Assembly (NCBI GenBank): GCA_044226625.1 | Contig: JBGAGQ010000101.1 | Coordinates: 1-15,417, forward strand | Reading direction: 5' to 3' | Source: Thermoanaerobaculia bacterium | GTDB lineage: Bacteria > Acidobacteriota > Thermoanaerobaculia > Multivoradales > UBA5704 | DNA length: 15,417 nucleotides | The notes under the pieces: generated by a model | Seen by the model: only the letters and a program-made list of their open reading frames with translations | Told to the model about the DNA's origin: nothing | Databases searched by the model: none | Part shown: positions 1-8,800 of the stretch, piece by piece | Layout: the number at the start of each line of letters is the position of its first letter | Numbering within the stretch: the stretch's first letter is position 1 | Made by a program: the position numbers and the translations under genes

Positions 1-305
1 AGCTGGCCGATCTCCTCGGCCTTGAGCCGAGTCTGGAACCCCGGCATCGCCGTGTAGCCGCGGGTGATGCGATCGTGGAGCAACATGCGGTCTTTCGCGA
101 TCCCCATCGGCGATCGGGTGAGGTCGATGCGCGGATAGAGCGGCAGAGAGCGCGGATCTCCGCGGCCATCGGTTCCGTGGCACTTGGCGCAGTTCTCGGC
201 GAACAGGACGTCACCGGAGCGGACCTGTCCCTCGGAAGAACATCCCCCGGTGAGGATGCCGAACCAGGCGACCCCTCCCAGGGCGATCGCCCACCGGCGC
301 TTCAT
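1..305 (-). CDS. Monoheme class I cytochrome c, probable lipoprotein (3' end beyond the window edge)
   Basis: Manual translation from ATG at 305 gives MKRRWAIALGGVAWFGILTGGCSSEGQVRSGDVLFAENCAKCHGTDGRG...RITRGYTAMPGFQTRLKAEEIGQL. It has a CxxCH heme motif (CAKCH), a distal Met in an MPxF motif and a signal peptide ending in lipobox-like LTGGC. The start overlaps the upstream stop (ATGA, 302-305). It is missing from the ORF track because there is no stop within the window. Confidence 0.88.
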   Translation of the reverse strand, partial: MKRRWAIALGGVAWFGILTGGCSSEGQVRSGDVLFAENCAKCHGTDGRGDPRSLPLYPRIDLTRSPMGIAKDRMLLHDRITRGYTAMPGFQTRLKAEEIGQ

Positions 306-685
306 TTCGGCCGCGGCTCCGGCGTCCGCTCCCCGCGCATCTCCTGCAGGTAATGGGTGACCTGTCGAATCTGCTCGGGGGTCAGCTGGTCGGAGAAAGC
401 CGGCATCTGGCCGAACACGCCCGCCTCGATCACCGCCCCGATCGCCCCCTCATCGGCCGCCGCAGTCCTCCAGGTGTTATCGCGCAGGTCGGTGTAGGGG
501 TTTCCCATGAATCGAGGCGTGTTGCCTCGGGCGTCGATGCCGTGGCACTCGGCGCAACGCTTGCGGAACACGACCTCCCCCGGGGAGCGATAAGGGAAGA
601 GCTCGTCACAACCCGACAGGCCGGCGAGCGAGACGGCGAGACCCGCACAGAGGGCGAGCGGAAACCTGGTTCGACGGGACGTCAT
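302..685 (-). CDS. Monoheme class I cytochrome c (cytochrome c6/CBB3 subunit III-like), probable lipoprotein, 127 aa
   Basis: This is the C-terminal part of ORF 302..1297, read from ATG 685 (SD-like GAGGT upstream): MTSRRTRFPLALCAGLAVSLAGLSGC (lipobox LSGC), CAECH heme motif and GQMPAF axial Met. Confidence 0.9.
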   Translation of the reverse strand: MTSRRTRFPLALCAGLAVSLAGLSGCDELFPYRSPGEVVFRKRCAECHGIDARGNTPRFMGNPYTDLRDNTWRTAAADEGAIGAVIEAGVFGQMPAFSDQLTPEQIRQVTHYLQEMRGERTPEPRPK

Positions 686-732
686 CGGCGCGTTACCTCG
701 GGTGGAGCGACGGGAAGGATCGATGCTTGGCG

Positions 733-741
733 ATATTACCA
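733..741 (-). promoter_or_regulatory. Putative extended -10 promoter element (TG-G-TAATAT) for the cytochrome c pair
   Basis: The minus strand reads TGGTAATAT at 741..733, an AT-rich island about 50 nt upstream of the ATG at 685 that matches TGnTAnnnT. Confidence 0.45.
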
Positions 742-846
742 GGACATCGATCCGGGCGCTCTTACCCGGTCGGGTACGCCTTCGGCTCAAGGGGGCCTCC
801 CCCAGAACACCGCTGAATTGGCGGCGCTGCCGAGACCCGGCCCGGG

Positions 847-1653
847 CTATCCCCGGCGGTGAACCAGCGTCGCCGTAGCCTGGTCGAGCGGGCGGATCAC
901 GATCTCGTCGACGTTCACGTGCCGGGGCCGGGTGGCCGCCCAGACGACGCAGTCGGCGACGTCTTCCGCCGAGAGCGGCGTCATGCCCCGATAAGCGGCC
1001 TTGGCTTTTTCTTTGTCGCCGCCGAAGCGGACCTCGGAGAACTCGGTCTCGGCCAGGCCCGGCGAAACGTCGGTCACCCGGATCGGCCGGCCGATCAGCT
1101 CCAGTCGGAGGGTCTTGGTGACCGCCCGCAGAGCGTGCTTGGACGCCGTGTAGCCGGCTCCCCCGGCATAGGTCTCGAAGCCCGCGATCGAGCCGATGTC
1201 GACGATGTGGCCGTCGCCCGAAGCTTCGAGCTTGGGAAGGAGCGCCCGGGTGAGACGCATGACGCCCATGACGTTCGTCTCGAACATGGTCCGCCAACCG
1301 TCTTCGTCCGCCCGCTCGACCGGGTCGAGGCCAAGCGAAAGGCCGGCGTTGTTGACCAGCAGATGGAGCGCCGGTATCTCCGCGGCGAAGGCCTCGACGC
1401 TCGCGGTCGAGGTGACGTCGAGATAGAGAGCCCGGCCGCCGATCTCGCCAGCGAGCCGCTCGATCCGGTCGAACCGGCGCGCGCCGAGGACGACGTCGAA
1501 CCCGACGGCCGCGAGCGCGCGGGCGGTGGCCGCTCCGAAGCCGGCCGAGGCACCCGTGACGACGGCAGTCTTTCTTGCCGCGCCGCTCGAAGCCGGCGTC
1601 TCTCCCTTGGTGCTTCGGTCCTCCGCCTCGTTCCTCGCTTCCGGCTCGGCCAC
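847..1653 (-). CDS. Classical short-chain dehydrogenase/reductase, YdfG-like NADP-dependent 3-hydroxy acid/serine dehydrogenase
   Basis: Motifs TGASAGFG (Rossmann TGxxxGxG), GARR (basic residues, NADP preference), LVNNAG, catalytic YTASK (YxxxK), SPGLAETEFSEVRF and a C-terminal RPRHVNVDEIVIRP typical of the YdfG subfamily. GTG start. Confidence 0.92.
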   Translation of the reverse strand: MAEPEARNEAEDRSTKGETPASSGAARKTAVVTGASAGFGAATARALAAVGFDVVLGARRFDRIERLAGEIGGRALYLDVTSTASVEAFAAEIPALHLLVNNAGLSLGLDPVERADEDGWRTMFETNVMGVMRLTRALLPKLEASGDGHIVDIGSIAGFETYAGGAGYTASKHALRAVTKTLRLELIGRPIRVTDVSPGLAETEFSEVRFGGDKEKAKAAYRGMTPLSAEDVADCVVWAATRPRHVNVDEIVIRPLDQATATLVHRRG

Positions 1654-1660
1654 GTCGGAT

Positions 1661-2023
1661 CTAATCCTTCCCGCTGCTGCCGAACAGGCCGACGAACCAG
1701 TTGCCCGCGGCGACCAGGAAACCGCCCAGGATCGCCGGGAGACATCCGTCGATGCGCACGCTGTCGAGCAACGCGGCGGCGAGCTCGAGCATCAGGCCGT
1801 TGATCACCAGATAGAACAGGCCGAGCGTGAGGATGATGAACGGCAACGCGAGAAGCTTGACGATCGGCTTGACGATCAGATTGACTAGCCCCAGAACCAG
1901 GCCGGCCACCGCGAGCGTCGGCACGTCGTGCGGCACCACGATGCCGGGAATCCACTGCCCGGCAAGATAGAGCGCCACGGCGTTGACCGCGACGTGGAGG
2001 GTGGCGCGAACGAGAAGGCTCAT
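1661..2023 (-). CDS. YvlD-like / 4-TM phage holin superfamily IV membrane protein (DUF360)
   Basis: 120 aa and hydrophobic, with family-typical segments NAVALY...IPGI, LGLVNLIVKPIVKLLALPFIILTLGLFYLVINGLML and IDG...AILG. Confidence 0.88.
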   Translation of the reverse strand: MSLLVRATLHVAVNAVALYLAGQWIPGIVVPHDVPTLAVAGLVLGLVNLIVKPIVKLLALPFIILTLGLFYLVINGLMLELAAALLDSVRIDGCLPAILGGFLVAAGNWFVGLFGSSGKD

Positions 2024-2568
2024 CCTTCGGTCTCCCGGATCGGCGGGAGCGGCGCCGGGGCGCCCTCTCCCGGGCGCGCGAGCCCGCTCGATCCCGCCGC
2101 GAGACGCACCCCTTGAAGTTTGGAATCCAGACGGCTCGAATCGGCCCGGCCCTTCTCGCGCAACTCGCGCGCCACCGAGACCACCTGGCGCTCGTTTTCG
2201 AAGCTCAGACGGGAGATCCCCTCGTCCCAGGGGAACCAGGAAGCGCCCGAAACCTCGGTCGCGTCGAAGTCTTCGGTCGTTCCGCCGATGTAGTCCAAGA
2301 GGAAGTAATCGACCGTCTTGTGGATGCGCGCCTGACCCCGTTCGACGTACCAGTACTCGACGCCGGGAAGGGGAGCCACGATCCGACCGGTCACCCCGGT
2401 TTCCTCACGGATCTCCCGCACGGCGGCCTGCTCCGGCGTTTCACCGATCTCGATGTGCCCTTTGGGCAGCTGCCACCGCCTGCCGCTGCGGGTGGAGATG
2501 AGGAGGATCTGCCCGTCCTCGACCACCAGGCCTCCCGCCGAACGCTGCCTTTCGGTGCGCATCGCCAT
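2020..2568 (-). CDS. NUDIX hydrolase (Ap4A hydrolase/MutT-like)
   Basis: Complete Nudix box GHIEIGETPEQAAVREIREETGV, preceded by SAGGLV and WQLPKG. The start is probably ATG 2568 (or 2562), just after the yqgE stop at 2573. The stop overlaps the holin ATG (ATGA). Confidence 0.9.
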   Translation of the reverse strand: MAMRTERQRSAGGLVVEDGQILLISTRSGRRWQLPKGHIEIGETPEQAAVREIREETGVTGRIVAPLPGVEYWYVERGQARIHKTVDYFLLDYIGGTTEDFDATEVSGASWFPWDEGISRLSFENERQVVSVARELREKGRADSSRLDSKLQGVRLAAGSSGLARPGEGAPAPLPPIRETEG

Positions 2569-2572
2569 GACG

Positions 2573-3187
2573 TCAGTTCGCCCGTTCGCCGGAGGACGGG
2601 GTCCACGACGGCAACACCGCCGGGTCGACACCGACCGAGCGGACCGCCGCCGCCCAAACCCCTTGGGGGTCGGAGGAGAAGACCAGGTCGCTCGAAACCG
2701 GCGCGGTCAGCCAATCGTTGCGCAGGATCTCTTCGACCAGCTGTCCGGCTCCCCAGCCCGCGTGACCGAGGAACAGCCGAAACCGGTCGGGTGGGGTCTC
2801 GGCGAGCTGGGCGAGGTCGCCCACGTGCTGCGTGATCGAGAGCCCGGGAACGACCTCGCTGCCCGAGCCCGAGAGGTCGCCGCCTTCGGGCGCGACGTCG
2901 GATTCGACCGTCGGCTCCGGCTGGAACAGCACGGTGCCGGTCTGCGGCTGCACCGGTCCGCCGAAATAGGCCAAGGCGTCCTCGCGCCCGCTCCAGCCAA
3001 CCTCCATCCCCTTCAGGATCTCGGTGACCCGGATGCCGGTGGGGCGATTGACGATGAAGCCGAAGCTCCCCTCCTCGTCGTCATGCTGAACCAGCAAGAC
3101 GACGCTGCGGTGGAAAAACGGATCGAGCACCTGTGGCATCGCAAGCAGGAACACGGGCGCGGTGAGCGCGGAGTGGGCTGGCGGCAT
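2573..3187 (-). CDS. yqgE: YqgE/AlgH family protein (UPF0301/DUF179)
   Basis: From ATG 3187: FLLAMPQVLDPFFHRSVVLLVQH..EGSFGFIVNRP, YFGGPV, FRLFLGHAGWGAGQLVEEILRNDWL and WAAAVRSVGVDP, all hallmark motifs. The upstream part of ORF 2573..3682 is not protein-like. Confidence 0.92.
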   Translation of the reverse strand: MPPAHSALTAPVFLLAMPQVLDPFFHRSVVLLVQHDDEEGSFGFIVNRPTGIRVTEILKGMEVGWSGREDALAYFGGPVQPQTGTVLFQPEPTVESDVAPEGGDLSGSGSEVVPGLSITQHVGDLAQLAETPPDRFRLFLGHAGWGAGQLVEEILRNDWLTAPVSSDLVFSSDPQGVWAAAVRSVGVDPAVLPSWTPSSGERAN

Positions 3188-3388
3188 TCGACGGCATTCT
3201 ATCGCGTCCGGTTGCGTCCGGTCCGTGCCGGCGGGACCGCGCGCGGAACCGGCACGAGATCGAGGCGATGGGCTCCCGATGGGCCTCCCGATAGGCCTGC
3301 GACGCCCCCGCGGCTCGGCGATTTCCCTCGACACAATAAACGGATCGCCCCAAACGTCTTCGACGGAGTCAACGCGTGTGCAACCTTC

Positions 3389-3425
3389 TTGACCCGATCT
3401 CGTAATGTAAGCTACGTTACAGATC
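3389..3425 (+). promoter_or_regulatory. Putative sigma70-type promoter of the efflux operon with an overlapping palindromic operator
   Basis: -35 TTGACC (3389-3394), an 18-nt spacer and -10 TACGTT (3413-3418). The inverted repeat GTAATGTA-agc-TACGTTAC (3402-3420) is flanked by GATCT/AGATC (3396-3400, 3421-3425). Confidence 0.6.
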
Positions 3426-3486
3426 CGCCGGTGGCACCCTGCTCGGCTGATCCCTTGACCTCGAAACCCCTCGAAAGCGAGCCGCG

Positions 3487-4869
3487 ATGATGTCGATCCG
3501 TCGAGCCTTGTCTTCCCTCGCCCCGCCCTGGGCCCTGTCGGGCCTCCTGGCCTCGTCGGCCCTTCTCCACGCCCAGGCTCCGCCGACCGCGGCCGTGGAC
3601 CCGGAGACGTCGGAGCTCCCAACCGCCTCGGCTCCCCGAAACGTGACGCTCGAGGAGGCGCTCCGCCAGGCGCTCGCCGCAAACCCGACGCTCGGCTCGG
3701 CGGAGATCGAGGAGGCGGCGGTCAAGGGCCAGGTCCGCGCCCTGCTCGCGACGGTGCTGCCGAAGATCGGCGTGCAGGGCAATTACGTCGTCAACAGCGA
3801 AGAGGCGAGCTTTGGCTCGGGATCGGACAAACGGACCGTCCTGCCGGGGCGGGACTGGAGCTACCGGCTTACCCTCTCGCAGCCGATCTATGCCGGCAAC
3901 CGCGAGCGCCGCGCTCTCGAACAGGCGCGCCTGGGGGTGGATACCGCCCGCGCGAACGCCGCCTCGGCGCGCGATCGGCTGCTGCTCGCCGTCGCCGCCG
4001 ACTACCTCGCCGTGGTGCGCGCCGACGAGCTGATCGCGGTCGAACAGAAGAGCGTCGACCTGGCCTCGGCGAGGCGCGACCAGGCGAAGACCTTCTTCGA
4101 GGCGGGCGAGACGACGCGTGTCGATCTCTTGCGCGCCGAAGCGGACATCAAGGGTGCCGAGCGCCAGCTCGCCCGGGCGCGCCAGGATCGGGCGCTCGCC
4201 GAGAGCCGCCTGCGGGAGGACCTAGCGCTCGATCAGCCGCTCGCGACGACCGAGCCCGGGCGCATCCTGCCCAAGCGGCCGACCGAAGAGGAGTTGCTCG
4301 CCCAAGTCGAGGAGTCGCGTCCGGAGGTCGCCCGCGCGAAAACCGCGGTCGAGATCGCGCGCCTCGAGGTGCGGAAGCAGAAGGGCGCTCTCTTGCCCGT
4401 TCTCACCGCCGACGGCGCCTGGCTCAAGCAGAGGTCGTCGTTTCCGCTCGACCAGTACGGATTTTTCGCTTTTCGCCTCACGGTGCCGATCTACCAGGGG
4501 GGTGAGGTGAAGGCGAAGGTCGCGATCGCGAACGAGCGCCTGCACCAAGCCGAGCTCGATCTCGAAGCCGCGCGCCGCAAAGTGCGCGAAGAGGTGCGCC
4601 GCGCGATGGCCGACCTCGCCGCGGCCGACGCCGAGCTCGCGCTCGCCCAAGAACAGCTGACCGCCGCCGAGGCGGAATACGAACAAGCCGACGAGCTCTA
4701 TCGCGCCCAGGAGCTGACCGCGCTCGACGCGCGGGTGGCCGAGACGTCTCTCGCCGACGCGCGACGCGCGGTCGCGACCGGCGCCCTCAACCGCGACCTC
4801 GCCGAGCTCGAAGTGTGGTCCGCCGCCGGCCTGCTCGCCAAGAATCTTTCGATGGAGGAGGTCCGATGA
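3487..4869 (+). CDS. TolC-family outer membrane efflux protein (OMF)
   Basis: Signal peptide (LHA|Q), TLEEALRQALAANP, two OEP repeats (LSQPIYAG; LTVPIYQGG), FEAGETTRVDLLRAE and helical Ala/Glu/Arg-rich composition. First gene of an ATGA-coupled OMF-MFP-RND operon. Confidence 0.93.
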   Translation: MMSIRRALSSLAPPWALSGLLASSALLHAQAPPTAAVDPETSELPTASAPRNVTLEEALRQALAANPTLGSAEIEEAAVKGQVRALLATVLPKIGVQGNYVVNSEEASFGSGSDKRTVLPGRDWSYRLTLSQPIYAGNRERRALEQARLGVDTARANAASARDRLLLAVAADYLAVVRADELIAVEQKSVDLASARRDQAKTFFEAGETTRVDLLRAEADIKGAERQLARARQDRALAESRLREDLALDQPLATTEPGRILPKRPTEEELLAQVEESRPEVARAKTAVEIARLEVRKQKGALLPVLTADGAWLKQRSSFPLDQYGFFAFRLTVPIYQGGEVKAKVAIANERLHQAELDLEAARRKVREEVRRAMADLAAADAELALAQEQLTAAEAEYEQADELYRAQELTALDARVAETSLADARRAVATGALNRDLAELEVWSAAGLLAKNLSMEEVR

Positions 4870-5858
4870 ACCGTCTGCCGATTTCGCTCTTTGCTCTGTC
4901 CGTCCTCCTCGTTCCGGCGCTCGCGTGCGGCGGCAAGCCGAAAGTCGAAAAGAAGGCCGAGGCGACCGCCGAAGAGGCCGCCGCCGCGCCAGCTCCGGCC
5001 CTGCCGTCGGACGTCGAAAAGATCGCAGGCATCGCCGCGACCTCCGACGCGGCGAACTCGGAGGCCGAAGCACCTCGCGCCGACGGAGCGACCTCGGTCG
5101 CCGCCGGCGAAACGAGCGTCGAGGCGACCGGAGAGCTGGTCTCGCCCGTCCAGTCGGAGCTCGCGGTCCGCATGCCCGGCCGCGTCGGGAAGATGTACGT
5201 CGACGAGGGGGCGAGGGTGCGCAGGGGCCAGCCGCTCCTCTCGCTCGAAACGCAGTACCTGGCGCTCGAAGTCGAGCGCTCGACCGCCGAAGTCGCGCGG
5301 GCCGAGGCGGCCGCGGGCGACGCGCGGCGGGACCTCGACCGGAAGCGCGATCTGCTCGCCAAGGGGAGCGTCGCGCAGGCCGCCTTCGACCGATCCGAAT
5401 CGGCCGCCTCGGGCGCCGAGGCTGCCGTCCTCGCCGCCAAGGCGACGCGCGACCTCGCGCGGCAGCGACTGGAAGACGCGGTCCTCCGCTCGCCGATCGA
5501 CGGAGTCGTGGCGGAGAAGCGGACCGACGTGGGCGAGCGGCTCGGCGAGGCGACGGTTGCGCTGGTGATCGTCCAGACCTCCCCGCTCAAGCTGCGCTTC
5601 CGGCTGCCGGAGCGCTACCTGTCAAGCGTCCGGCTCGGCCAGGAGGTCGAGGCGAGCGTCGATCCCTATCCGGGCGAGACGTTCCGCGGGCGGGTCAAGG
5701 TCATCGGCGGAGTGGTCGAATCGACGACCCGCACGGTCGCGGTCGAGACCGAATTCCCCAACGGCGACGGACGCCTGAAGCCCGGCCTCTTCGCGCGGGT
5801 CAAGCTCGATCTGGGCTCGGGAGCCGCGGCCTCCGCGGCGGGAGGAGCCACGCGATGA
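4866..5858 (+). CDS. RND efflux periplasmic adaptor / membrane fusion protein, lipoprotein
   Basis: ATG 4866 follows SD GGAGG and overlaps the OMF stop. It has lipobox ALAC, lipoyl halves (GRVGKMYVDEGARVRRGQPL; LRSPIDGVVAEKRTDVGE), an alpha-hairpin and TRTVAV...LKPGLFARV. Confidence 0.93.
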   Translation: MNRLPISLFALSVLLVPALACGGKPKVEKKAEATAEEAAAAPAPALPSDVEKIAGIAATSDAANSEAEAPRADGATSVAAGETSVEATGELVSPVQSELAVRMPGRVGKMYVDEGARVRRGQPLLSLETQYLALEVERSTAEVARAEAAAGDARRDLDRKRDLLAKGSVAQAAFDRSESAASGAEAAVLAAKATRDLARQRLEDAVLRSPIDGVVAEKRTDVGERLGEATVALVIVQTSPLKLRFRLPERYLSSVRLGQEVEASVDPYPGETFRGRVKVIGGVVESTTRTVAVETEFPNGDGRLKPGLFARVKLDLGSGAAASAAGGATR

Positions 5859-8800
5859 ACCGCCTCGCCGATCTCTGCATCCGCCGGCCGGTCTTCGCGT
5901 CGGTGCTGATCCTGTCGCTGGTCGTGGTCGGGCTGTTCGCCTACGGCAAGCTGGGGGTCGATCGCTTTCCGAAGGTCGACTTCCCCACCGTGACGATCAA
6001 CACCCGTCTGACCGGCGCCGGCCCCGAGGACATCGAGACCGAGATCACCGACAAGATCGAGGAGGCGGTCAACACGATCAGCGGCATCGACCAGCTGATC
6101 TCGATCAGCTCGGAAGGCACGTCGCAGGTGGTCGTCTCCTTCGTGCTCGAAAAGGACGGCGACGTCGCGGCGCAAGAGGTGCGCGACCGGGTAAACACCG
6201 TGCTCGGCGAGCTCCCTCAGAGCGCCGATCCGCCGATCATCCAGAAGATCGATCCGGACGCCGCGCCGGTCCTCTCGATCGCCCTCGCCGCCCCGGTGCC
6301 GATCCGCGAGGTCACCGAGTTCGCCGACAAGTCGCTCAAACGCCAGCTCGAGTCGATCTCCGGCGTCGGCCAGGTGCGCATCATCGGCGGTCGGCCGCGC
6401 CAGATCAACGTGATCGCCGATCCGGCCAAGCTCTCGGCGCTCAACCTGACCGTCGCCGACGTGGTCCGCGGCCTTCAGGGGCAGAACGTGCAGATCCCAG
6501 GCGGCCAGGTGGAGCAGGGGCTCCGCGATCTCACCCTTCGCACCTACGGCCGCGTCGAGACGCCGGCCGCCTTCGGCGAGATTCCGATCGCGAACCGCGC
6601 GGGCTACCCCGTCAAGGTGAGCGACGTGGCGCGGGTCGAGGACTCGACGGCCGAGGCCGAGACGCTCGCGAGCGTCGACGGCAAGCCGGCCGTCGTGCTC
6701 CAGATCCGCAAGCAATCGGGGCTCAACACGGTCGAGGTGATCGCCGGCGTCAAAGAACGGCTGGCCCAACTGCGCTCGCAGCTGCCCGCCGGCTGGACGA
6801 TGAACATCGTCCGCGACCAGTCCGACTACATCACCGCCGCGGTCGACGCGGTGCAGGAGCACCTGGTGCTCGGCTCGCTGTTCGCGGCGCTGATCGTCCT
6901 CCTGTTCTTGCGCCGCTTCCGCCTGACCCTGATCTCGGCGGTCGCGATCCCCACCTCGCTGATCGCGGCGTTCGCCGCGATGGCCTGGTTCGGGTTCACC
7001 TTGAACGTCATCACCCTGCTCGCGCTCGCCCTGGTCGTGGGCATCGTGATCGACGACGCCGTGGTCGTGCTCGAGAACGTCTTCCGCTTCATCGAGGAGA
7101 AGGGAATGAGCCCGCGCGAGGCGGCGGCGAAAGGGACCGGCGAAATCACGCTCGCGGTCCTCGCGACCACGCTCTCGCTGATCGCCGTGTTCCTCCCCGT
7201 CGCGTTCATGGGCGGCATCGTCGGCCGCTTCATGTACTCGTTCGGCATCACCATGGCGTGCGCGATCGCTGTCTCGCTGCTCGTCTCGTTCACCCTGACG
7301 CCGATGCTCTGCTCGCGCTGGATCCGCGCCAACGAAGCGAAGAAGGGGCACGAGAAGCCCAAGGAGAGCACCCGCTCGCGCGGCCTGTACGCCCGGATCG
7401 AGCGGGGATACCTGTGGCTCCTCGATCGTTCCCTCGCCCATCGTTGGGTGGTCGTGCTGGTGATGCTCGCCGTCTTCGCTTCGACCGTTCCGCTGTTCAA
7501 GCGGGTGGACAAGAACTTCCTCCCGCGCGACGACGAGTCGCAGTTCGGGGTGAACGTCCGCGCGCCGGAAGGGGCGAGCCTCGCGACCACGAAGACGATC
7601 GTCGAATCGATCGCCAACCAGATCCGCACGTTTCCCGAGGTCGCTGCGACCATGGTGACGATCGGCGACGACCCGCAGGTAACCAAGAATCTGGGCCAGG
7701 TCTACGTGCGCCTGAAGCCCGTCGACCAGCGCAAGGCCGACCAGTTCGCGGTGATGTCGCGGGTTCGCGAGAAGGTGCTCCCCGCTTATCGGCGCTCTTG
7801 AGACTGCGCACACGACGGTCGAGCCCGGTCTCCGCCGGCGGCGGGCAACGCCGAGATCCAGTTCTGGCTCCCAGGCGGCCCCCGACCTCGAGCAGCTTGG
7901 CCGCTACTCCCAGCGGCTACTCACCGAGGCTCGGAAGATGCCCGGCGTGGTCGACGCCGACGCTCGGCCTGATCGTCGGCGTTCGAGGTTCGGCGGCGAC
8001 CGACCGCTTGAGGCGTCGGACCTGGGCGTTCGGGTGGACGACGTCGCCTCGACGATGAACGTTCTGGTCAGCCAGGAGGTCACGAGCTTCACCCGAGGCG
8101 GGGGGGTAGCGAGCAGTACGAGGTCACGTCCGCGCGCCGAGGCGAGCGCCGACGCGACGCCGCCGGCATCGCGCTCGCGAGGATCCCGTCGAGCAAGGTC
8201 GGCACGGTCCCGCTGTCCGACGTGGTGCGCCTCGATCCCGGCACCGGCCCGTCGCTGATCAACCGCATCGCCCGTCGTCGCCAGGTCCTGATCTACGCCG
8301 GCATCCTCCCCGGCTATTCCTCGCAGACCGTGATCGACGGCCTGTCCGCGGCGGCGAAACGGCTGAACATGCCGTCGTCCTTCTCCTACGGTTTCACCGG
8401 CCGGTCGCGCGAGCAGGGGCGCGCGGCGAAGAACTTCGCCCTCGCCTTCCTGCTGTCGATCGTCTTCATGTATCTGATTCTCGCCGCGCAGTTCGAGAGC
8501 TGGCTCCATCCGGTGACCATCCTGCTCGCCCTGCCCCTCACCATACCGTTCGCGCTGTTCTCCCTGATCTTCCTCGGCCAGTCGATGAACATCTTCTCGG
8601 CGCTCGGCATCCTGGTGCTGTTCGGAATCGTGAAGAAGAACTCGATCCTCCAGATCGATCACACGATCCAACTGCGCGAGCACGGCATGGCTCGCGAAGA
8701 GGCGATCCGCGAGGCGAACCGTGACCGGCTGCGCCCGATCCTGATGACCACGCTCGCGTTCGTGGCCGGCATGGTGCCGCTGGTCGTCTCGAGCGGCACG

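Noticed and set aside
686-1297. N-terminal 204 aa of ORF 302..1297, an apparent long cytochrome fusion
   Set aside because: It is an alternate-frame read of the SDR gene plus intergenic DNA. The real cytochrome begins at ATG 685 with its own SD and signal peptide.
1661-2023. Prophage or lysis cassette suggested by the holin-family gene
   Set aside because: There is no endolysin, structural gene, integrase or att-like repeat, and the neighbours are housekeeping genes.
3266-3304. CRISPR-like or iteron array
   Set aside because: The units are only 11-12 bp with no spacers, and there is no cas or rep gene.
4925-5854. Arg-rich N-terminal extension of ORF 4925..7801
   Set aside because: It is an off-frame read of the MFP gene. 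The RND starts at ATG 5855 (ATGA overlap, canonical MN.LA...IRRPVFA).
5666-7813. 715-aa antisense ORF (and the 286-aa ORF 6826..7686)
   Set aside because: These are stop-poor shadow frames opposite a high-GC membrane protein gene, with no recognisable motifs.
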